Under the pieces are notes generated by a model that did not search any database, was not told the origin of the DNA, and was given only the letters and a program-made list of their open reading frames with translations. Shown one piece after another: positions 28,301 to 36,765 of a stretch of DNA of 64,000 nt. Location of the stretch: contig OZ024748.1 of assembly GCA_964016885.1 (NCBI GenBank), positions 33,666,001-33,730,000 of the forward strand, written 5' to 3'. The position numbers and the translations under genes were made by a program. Source of the DNA: Eledone cirrhosa. Its lineage: Eukaryota. The first letter of the stretch is position 1; the number at the start of each line of letters is the position of its first letter.

Positions 28301-30309
28301 TATTGGTGGTGGACATTAAGTAGAGTGAATCAGTGGTGGTGGACATTAGGTAGAGTGAATCAGTGGTGGTGGACATTAGGTGGAGTGAATTAGTGGTGGT
28401 GGACATTAAGTAGAGTGAATCAGTTGTGGCGGACATTAGATAGAGTGAATCAGTGGTGCTGGACATTAGTTGGAGTGAATCAGTGGTGGTGTGGTGGACA
28501 TTAGGTAGAGTGAATCAGTGGTGGTGGACATTAGGTAGAGTGAATTAGTGGTGGTTGACATTAGGAGGAGTGAATCAGTGGTGGTGGACTTTAGGGAGAG
28601 TAAATCAGTGGTGGTGGACATTGGGTGGAGTGAATCAGTGGTGGTGTGGTTGACATTAGGTAGAGTGAATCAGTGGTGGTGGACATTAGGTAGAGTGAAT
28701 CAGTGGTGTTGGACATTAGGTGGAGTGAATTAGTGGTGGTGGACATTAGGTGGAGTGAATTAGTGGTGGTGGACATTAGGTGGTGTGAATCAGTGGTGTT
28801 AGACATCAGGTCCTGTCAATCAGTGGTGGTAGACATTAGGTAGAGTGAATCAGTGGTGGAGTGTTGGTGGACATTAGGTGGAGTGAATCAGTGGTGGTGG
28901 ACATTAGGTGGAGTCAATCAGTGTTGGTGTGGTGGAGATTAGGGAGAGTGAATCATTGGTGGTGGACATTAGGTGGAGTGAATCAGTGCTGGGGTGGTGG
29001 ACATTAGGTGGAGTTAATCAGTGGTGGTGGACATTAGGTGGAGTGAATCAGTTGTGGTAGACATTAGCTCGAGTGAATCAGTGGTGGTGGACATTAGTTA
29101 GAGTGAATCAGTGGTGGTGGACATTAGGTAGAGTGAATCAGTGGTGGTGGACATTAGGTGGAGTGAATCAGTGGTGGTGGAGATTAGGTGAAGTGAATCA
29201 GTGGTGGTGGACATTAGGTGGAGTGTATCAGTGGTGGTGTGGTGGACATTAGTTGGAGTGAATCAGTGGTGGTGGACATTAGGTGGAGTGAATCAGTGGT
29301 GGTGGACATTAGTTGGAGTGAATCAGTGGTGGTGTGGTGGACATTAGGTAGAGTGAATCAGTGGTGGTGGACATTAGGTGGAGTGAATCAGTGGTGGCGC
29401 ACATTAGGTGGAGTGAATCAGTGGTGGTGGACATTAGGTGGAGTGAATCAGAGGTGGCGCACATTAGGTGGAGTGAATCAGTGGTGGTGGACATCAGGTA
29501 CTGTCAATCAGTGGTGGTGGACATTATGTAGAGTGAATCAATGGTGGTTGACATTAAGTAGACTGAATCAGTGGTGGTGGACATTAGTTGGAGTGAATCA
29601 GTGGTGGTGTGGTGGACATTAGGTGGAGTGAATCAGTGGTGGTGGACATCAGGTACTGTCAATCAGTGGTGGTGGACATTAAGTGGAGTGAATCAGTGGT
29701 GGCATGGTTGACATTAGGTAGAGTGAATCAGTGGTGGTGGCCATTAAATAGAGTGAATCAGTGGTGGTGGACATTAAGAAGAGTGAAACAGTGGTGGTGG
29801 ACATTATGTAGAGTGAATCAATGGTGGTGGACATTAAGTAGACTGAATCAGTGGTGGTGGACATTAGTTGGAGTGAATCAGTGGTGGTGTGGTGGACATT
29901 AGGTGGAGTGAATCAGTGGTAGCGTGGTTGACATTCGGTAGAGTGAATCAGTGGTGGTGGACATTAGGTAGAGTGAATCTGTGGTGGTGGACATTAGGCG
30001 GAGTGAATCCAGTGGTGGTGGACATTAGGTGGAGTGAATCAGTGGTGGTGGACATTAGGTAGAGTGAATCAGTGGTGGTGTGGTTGACATTAGGTGGTGT
30101 GAATTAGTGGTGGTGGATATTAGGAGGAGTGAATCAGTGGTGGTGGACATTAGGAGGAGTGAGTCAGTGGTGGTGGACTTTAGGGAGAGTGAATCAGTGG
30201 TGGTGGACATTGGGTGGAGTGAATCAGTGGTGGTGTGGTTGACATTAGCTGGAGTGAATTAGTGGTGGTGGACATTAGGTGGAGTGAATCAGTGGTGGTG
30301 TGGTTGACA

Positions 30310-32160
30310 TTAGCTGGAGTGAATCAGTGGTGGTGGACATTAGGTGGAGTGAATCAGTGGTGGTGGACATTAAGTAGAGTGAATCAGTGGTGGTGGACAT
30401 TAAGTAGACTGAATCAGTGGTGGTGGACATTAGGTAGAGTGAATCAGTGGTGGTGGACATTAGGTGGAGTTTATCAGTGGTGGTGGACATTAGGTGGAGT
30501 GAATCAGTGGTGGTGGACATTAAGTAGAGTGAATCAGTGGTGGTGGACATTAAGTAGACTGAATCAGTGGTGGTGGACATTAGGTGGAGTGAATCAGTGG
30601 TGGTGGACATTAGGTGGAGTGAATCAGTGGTGGTGGACATTAAGTAGACTGAATCAGTGGTGGTGGACATTAGGTGGAGTGAATCAGTGGTGGTGGACAT
30701 TAGGTGGAGTGAATTAGTGGTGGTGGAAATTAGGAGGAGGGAATCAGTGGTGGTGGACATTAAGTAGACTGAATCAGTGGTGGTGGACATTAGGTGGAGT
30801 GAATCAGTGGTGGTGGACATTAGGTGGAGTGAATCAGTGGTGGTGGACATTAAGTAGACTGAATCAGTGGTGGTGGACATTAGGTGGAGTGAATCAGTGG
30901 TGGTGGACATTAAGTAGACTGAATCAGTGGTGGTGGACATTAGGTGGAGTGAATCAGTGGTGGTGGACATTAAGTAGAGTGAATCAGTGGTGGTGGACAT
31001 TAAGTAGACTGAATCAGTGGTGGTGGACATTAGGTGGAGTGAATCAGTGGTGGTGGACATTAGGTGTCGTGAATCAGTGGTGGTGGACATTAAGTAGACT
31101 GAATCAGTGGTGGTGGACATTAGTTGGAGTGAATCAGTGGTGGTGGACATTAGGTGGAGTGAATTAGTGGTGGTGGAAATTAGGAGGAGGGAATCAGTGG
31201 TGGTGGACATTAAGTAGAGTGAATAAGTGGTGGTGGACATTAAGTAGACTGAATCAGTGGTGGTGGACATTAGGTGGAGTGAATCAGTGGTGGTGGCCAT
31301 TAAGTAGACTGAATCAGTGGTGGTGGACATTAGGTGGAGTGAATTAGTGGTGGTGGAAATTAGGAGGAGGGAATCAGTGGTGGTGGACATTAAGTAGAGT
31401 GAATCAGTGGTGGTGGACATTAAGTAGACTGAATCAGTGGTGGTGGACATTAGGTGGAGTGAATCAGTGGTGGTGGCCATTAAGTAGACTGAATCAGTGG
31501 TGGTGGACATTAGGTGGAGTGAATTAGTGGTGGTGGAAATTAGGAGGAGGGAATCAGTGGTGGTGGACATTAAGTAGAGTGAATAAGTGGTGGTGGACAT
31601 TAGGTAGAGTGAATCAGTGGTGGTGGACATTAAGTAGAGTGAATCAGTGGTGGTGGACATTAGGTAGAGTGAATCAGTGGTGGTGGACATTAAGTAGAGT
31701 GAATAAGTGGTGGTGGACATTAGGTAGAGTGAATCAGTGGTGGTGGACATTAGGTAGAGTGAATCAGTGGTGGTGGACATTAGGTAGAGTGAATCAGTGG
31801 TGGTGGACATTAAGTAGACTGAATCAGTGGTGGTGGACATTAGGTGGAGTGAATCAGTGGTGGTGGACATTAGGTGGAGTGAATCAGTGGTGGTGGACAT
31901 TAAGTAGAGTGAATCAGTGGTGGTGGACATTAAGTAGACTGAATCAGTGGTGGTGGACATTAGGTGGAGTGAATCAGTGGTGGTGGAGATTAGGTGGAGT
32001 GAATCAGTGGTGGTGGACATTAGGTGGAGTGAATCAGTGGTGGGGGACATTAAGTAGACTGAATCAGTGGTGGTGGACATTAGGTGGAGTGAATCAGTGG
32101 TGGTGGAGATTAGGTGGAATGAATCAGTGGTGGTGGAGATTAGGTGGAGTGAATTAGTGG
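30310..32160 (+). repeat. Homogenised block of about 61 indel-free 30-bp monomers, including a 180-bp sub-period
   Basis: No 35-bp variants, hence the 601-codon minus-strand ORF. The marker GAATTAGTGGTGGTGGAAATTAGGAGGAGGGAATC occurs at 30711, 31161, 31341 and 31521. Confidence 0.88.
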
Positions 32161-32199
32161 CAGTGTGGTTGACATTAGGTGGAGTGAATCAGTGGTGGT

Positions 32200-32550
32200 G
32201 CCCTCCGCCTTGGTCGACCTGGTCCAAAACCCAGACTCATCAGGCTGTCTTTCTCGGACCCCGCAGAGGCAACCTCATATCATCTGGCCTCTGCTAAAGC
32301 TGGGCGTGAAAATCGGATTACCTTCCGAACACGCCCAGGCCTACCACCCCATGTACGTCGAAAACTACGTGCTGCAGCTTCCTTGAATCTGAAGTTAGCA
32401 CAAGATGAAAGTTTCAGTCTACGTGATGATGGGCAGATCTGCAGGTTTGTCAAGGCCGGTGAAACGTGGAAGAGAGATACCAGCTGGTCTGAGTGTGATC
32501 TACCCACAATAACTGGCAATGTAAAAACTGCTACAACTCTCGGAAACTAA
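32200..32550 (+). pseudogene. LINE ORF1 C-terminal fragment (5'-truncated, no start codon)
   Basis: Manual translation gives 116 stop-free codons: ALRLGRPGPKPRLIRLSFSDPAEATSYHLASAKAGRENRITFRTRPGLPPHVRRKLR...KTATTLGN*. The RLG..PRxIxxxF motif resembles RRM-type LINE ORF1 proteins. It sits directly upstream of ORF2. Confidence 0.75.
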
Positions 32551-32606
32551 ACCAGAACAACCTGCCACCCTCTAGACACCATCATAAACTGCGAGCAGGT
32601 TACAAA

Positions 32607-33239
32607 TTGTTGTCCTTAAATGCTCGCAGTTTATGCAACAAGATACATCTGTTCGAATCCTACGTCAGAAGCATCGACCCTGACTTCATCACAGTCACGG
32701 AAACATGGGCACATTCCTTACTCTGTGATGGGGTTTTCACCATTACTGGGTACAACCTTTTCCGCAAGGACCGTATTAACCGCCGTGGTGGTGGTGTGAT
32801 GGTCTACGTTCGTTCAAACTTTTCGGTAATTCCTTGCGCTGATTTGAACGAATCACAGGAAGAAGTTTTTTTCTGTGACATACGTATGACCATGTCAACA
32901 CTTCTGCTTGGTGTTGTTTATCGCCCCCCAAACTACCATCAGGACACACAGCTTTGCGATATCCTCAGAGTTGCTGCCAAGAAAACAGCCACTTATGTGT
33001 TTATTGCAGGTGACTTCAATCATCCTGAGATCGATTGGGAAACCTTTCGTTGGCCACAGGGTGCAAACGATTTCCTTGAAATAGTGCTGGACTCAAACTG
33101 GTCACAAGTAGTCACCTCTCCAACAAGAGGTGACAACACTTTGGACCTGATCTTCACCACTACTCCTGAAGTGGTTATCAGTTGTACTACTGAGGAACCT
33201 CTAGGCAACTCTGATCATGCTATGATCATTGCCAATCTG
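32607..33239 (+). other. Apurinic-like (APE/EEP) endonuclease domain of ORF2
   Basis: Motifs occur in the expected order: SLNARSL, TETW, RKDR..RGGGV, VYRPP, GDFNHP, PTR..NTLDLIF, SDH. Confidence 0.92.
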
Positions 33240-35361
33240 GCACTTGAGGGCAGCAACAAAAACCAGAGCCATCTCCAATCTGCTTGCTTTGATTGGAAGA
33301 GGGCGGATTGGAACTTGTACTGCACTGAGCTACAGCGCCCAAACTGGCATGAGATGTATAACTCTGGAGATGTGAACTCTATACTCCAGAGCATCCTGGA
33401 CTCAATATGGATAGCGTGTGCAGCATCAGTGCCACGGAAGCGGAAAAATAACCACCCCAAAAGTGCAATCTGGGAAACTTCAGCGGTCCGACTTGCCAGG
33501 AAAGAACGTCGGAACGCTGAACGGGAATATAAACTGCATAGATCAGATGCCAACAGAAAAAAGCGGAATAAATCTTCTAACCATCTCAAGCAAGTGACAA
33601 AGAAGGCAGTGCTTGAATTTGAACAGTGCATCGCAACCAATCCTGACAGTAAGGTGTTCTGGAAATATGTTCATTCAAATCAGAGACTTCACTCTCCAGT
33701 TGGTCCTCTTCGCAATCCCCACACAAGCCAGATCACTGACGATCCCAAGGAATGCGCAGAACTCACTGCTGAGTGCTATGCAAGTATTTTTACTGTTGAA
33801 AACCAGAATGTACCATCTCCACCATCAAATTCCATAACAACTATGGAATTTACACCTGCAATGTTGCGACGTCACCTTAAGAATAAGCGCAACTATGCCT
33901 CCTCTGGTTTTGATGGCGTGACATACCTGCTTCTCAAACGTGGCGGGTATTTCCTTTTGTGCCAGCTTTCTTTTTTCTTTCAATACTGTCTCAGCAATGG
34001 TGCTACTCCGGAGCAGTGGAAAACTGCCAGTGTCATTCCCCTGTTCAAAAAGGGCAACCGCATGTCACCTGTCAACTATCGTCCAGTCAGTCTTACTAGC
34101 TGTATGGCCAAACTGATGGAATCCTGTGTCAGAGAAACACTTTGGAACTTCTGGAGCTCTCACAGCCTCATCCGGCCCTCACAGTTTGGATTTATCCCTA
34201 ACTCCAGCTGCTGTGATCAGCTTATCGAGTTCCTTGAGGACATCACCCGGATCACGGACAGCGGCTCATGGGTGGATTGTTTACCTTGACTTTGCTAAGG
34301 CTTTTAATTCTGTGCCACACAAAAGACTTATGGCAAAACTCTCTGCAATGGGTGTGAGGGATGATCTTTTCGACTGGCTGAAATCCTTCATTCTCAGCCG
34401 AAAGGAAGTAGTCACGGTTCTAGGACAGCATTCTTCACCATATGAGATGTCATCTGGTGTACCACAGGGATCTGTTCTTGGTCCTCTTTTGTTTGTGGCA
34501 TATATTAATGACATAGATGCCAACTTACAGAATGCCACGGTACTAAAATATGCAGATGACATCAAGCTGTACCTTGAAATCAAAAGGACTGATCCTGAAA
34601 TTTACAACTCTTTCCTACAATCAGACCTGGACACAATGCAGCAATGGATCACAGACTGGCAACTGAAGCTGGCTGTGGACAAGTGTACCACCATGCATTT
34701 TGGAAGGAAAAATCCAGCGTCCACATACTCCCTCCACAACACTGACATCAAAAAGTCCTCTTGTGAACGTGACCTGGGCATTACTGTCAGCAACGATTTG
34801 CGTTGGACAAAGCATGTCTCTAAGATTGTCAAGAAGGCCGAGGGTGTCTTGGCATCACTCAGCAAGACCTTTGTTAGCCGCTCTCCAGCCATCTATTTAA
34901 AACTGTATACAGCTATGGTGCGACCACACTTGGAATTCGCATCATCAGTCTGGAACCCCTATCTTGCTCGGAACATTGACCTCCTGGAAACTGTTCAGAG
35001 ACGTGCAACCAAGCGTATACCCTCCATCAGACACCTACCATACTCTGAACGCCTTGCTTCCCTGGGCATGGATTCATTGAAGCTCCGACGTCTGGCAATG
35101 GACTTGGTGAATACCCACAAAGTTTTTAACCATCTCGCCAACTGCAACCCTGAGCGCCTCCTTGATCTCCATGTGTCTAACACACGTGGACATGCCTACA
35201 AGATAAGAAAACAGCACAGCTCCCATGACTTTCGCAGACATTTTTTCACGCTCAGAGTTGCTGAAGCATGGAACAAACTGCCTGCGTCAATTGTTAGCTG
35301 CCGAGACACTGCATCCTTTAAGACACTCATGCTTCCCGAAATACGCAAAAACTACACCTGA
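32607..35361 (+). pseudogene. LINE ORF2 (APE endonuclease + reverse transcriptase), about 918 aa if repaired; one frameshift at about 34281
   Basis: ORFs 32607-34289 and 34126-35361 join at WVDC/(V)YLDFAKAF. RT motifs: YRPVSLTS, QFGF, LDFAKAF, GVPQGSVLGPLLF, YADD (34549-34560), ERDLG. Stop TGA at 35359-35361. Confidence 0.93.
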
Positions 35362-35394
35362 TGTACCCCTTCCATACACATGCACACATGTGTG

Positions 35395-35634
35395 TATCAT
35401 GACTCGTGCACTGTTCATTTTACTGATGTTTGTGCATTGCCCTATGTACTGAACATGCACTTTTTTTATGAGTTGTGGTTCACCTGGGCACTGTACACAA
35501 TATTTCATTATTGTTATTGTTATTATATCATGACTCATACACTGTTCATTTTCCTGACATTTGTACATTATTCTATGTACTATACATGCACCTTTGATGA
35601 GGTGTAGTGCACCTGAGCACTGTACACAATAATT

Positions 35635-35636
<2 letters not shown>
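35395..35636 (+). repeat. Direct duplication of the LINE 3' terminal module (131-bp period, 2 copies)
   Basis: TATCATGACTC...GCACTGTACACAATA(A)TTTC-ATTATT starts at 35395 and again at 35526. The copies are roughly 80-85% identical by manual alignment. Confidence 0.9.

Positions 35637-35710
<74 letters not shown>
35637..35710 (+). repeat. Perfect (ATT)24 + AT microsatellite, the LINE 3' tail
   Basis: Read directly from the sequence. Short tandem-repeat tails instead of poly(A) are typical of CR1/L2 LINEs. Confidence 0.97.
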
Positions 35711-35711
<1 letters not shown>

Positions 35712-36219
35712 GGTAGAAAGTAGGTGGTGTTAATCAGTGTTGGTGTGGTATACATTAGTTGGAGTGAATCAGTAGTGGTGGACATTAGGTAGAGTGAATC
35801 AGTGGTGTTGGACGTTAGGTAGAGTGAATCAGTGGTTTTGGACGTTAGGTGGATTGAATCAGTGGTGGTGTGGTTGTGGACATTAGGAGGAGTGAATCAG
35901 TGGTGGTGGACATTAGGTAGAGTGAATCAGTGTTGGTGGACATTAGGTGGAGTGAATCAGAGGTGGCGCACATTAGGTGGAGTGCATCAGTGGTGGTGGA
36001 GATTAGGTGGAGTGAATCAGTGGCGGTGGACATTAGGTGGAGTGAATCAGCGGTGGCGTGGTTGACATTAGGTAGAGTGAATCAGTGGTGGTGGAGATTA
36101 GGTGGAGTAAATCAGTGGTGGTGGACATTAGGTGGAGTGAATCAGTGGTGGTGAACATTAGGTGGAGTGAATCAGCGGTGGCGTGGTTGACATTAGGTAG
36201 AGTGAATCAGTGGTGGTGT

Positions 36220-36765
36220 GGTGGACATTAGGTGGAGTGAATCAGTGGTGGTGGACATCAGGTACTGTCAATCAGTGGTGGTGGACATTAGGTGGAGTGA
36301 ATCAGTGGTGGTGAACATTAGGTGGAGTGAATCAGCGGTGGCGTGGTTGACATTAGGTGGAGTGAATCAGCGGTGGCGTGGTTGACATTAGGTGGAGTGA
36401 ATCAGTGGTGGTGGACATCAGGTACTGTCAATCAGTGGTGGTGGACATTAGGTGGAGTGAATCAGTGGTGGTGAACATTAGGTGGAGTGAATCAGCGGTG
36501 GCGTGGTTGACATTAGGTGGAGTGAATCAGTGGTGGTGGACATCAGGTACTGTCAATCAGTGGTGGTGGACATTAGGTGGAGTGAATCAGTGGTGGTGAA
36601 CATTAGGTGGAGTGAATCAGCGGTGGCGTGGTTGACATTAGGTGGAGTGAATCAGTGGTGGTGGACATCAGGTACTGTCAATCAGTGGTGGTGGACATTA
36701 GGTGGAGTGAATCAGTGGTGGTGAACATTAGGTGGAGTGAATCAGCGGTGGCGTGGTTGACATTA
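36220..36765 (+). repeat. 125-bp higher-order repeat (3x30 + 1x35 bp), about 4 copies
   Basis: The markers CATCAGGTACTGTCAATC and CAGCGGTGGCGTGGTTGAC recur. Matching ORF starts at 36378, 36503 and 36628. Confidence 0.88.

Larger units (their letters stand above)
1..32200 (+). repeat. 30-bp G-rich tandem satellite, left arm (consensus GGACATTAGGTGGAGTGAATCAGTGGTGGT)
   Basis: Continuous head-to-tail monomers, all in the same orientation. Frequent 35-bp variants (extra GTGGT) and rarer 26/38/41-bp variants. The array runs off the left edge of the window. Confidence 0.98.
32201..35710 (+). mobile_element. 5'-truncated non-LTR retrotransposon (LINE), CR1 group, with (ATT)n tail
   Basis: Abrupt switch from satellite to unique sequence at 32201. 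Contains an ORF1 remnant, an APE endonuclease + RT ORF2 with CR1-type C-terminal motifs (VRPHLEFASSVWNP, VQRRATK, TRGH, RRHFFTLRV..WNKLP) and no recognisable RNase H or CCHC finger. Ends in a microsatellite tail; satellite resumes at 35711. Confidence 0.93.

Noticed and set aside
30275-32080. 601-aa (MSTTTDSLHL)n mucin-like ORF and the many similar Ser/Thr-, Trp- or Val-rich ORFs across the window
   Set aside because: A 30-bp monomer is a multiple of 3 and is stop-free in three of six frames, so long ORFs arise automatically. They break at every 35-bp variant and have no unique N- or C-terminal domain or signal peptide.
32785-32798. GTGGTGGTGGTGTG inside the LINE, resembling the satellite GT tract
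   Set aside because: It encodes the conserved RGGGV endonuclease motif. This is a low-complexity coincidence and not evidence that the satellite derives from the LINE.
32607-35361. Bacterial RT system (retron, DGR, group II intron) or telomerase generating the repeats
   Set aside because: An APE endonuclease plus RT with CR1-type motifs, an upstream ORF1, 5' truncation and a microsatellite tail identify an ordinary LINE. It interrupts a pre-existing monomer and contains no template for the satellite.
32191-35730. Target-site duplication flanking the LINE
   Set aside because: Flank similarity is only the satellite periodicity. Comparison with the paralogous empty site indicates a small deletion instead.
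32280-35785. Short antisense and alternate-frame ORFs within the LINE, including the poly-Ile ORF at 35573-35785
   Set aside because: These are shadow frames of ORF1/ORF2 or translations of the (ATT)n tail, with no recognisable motifs.
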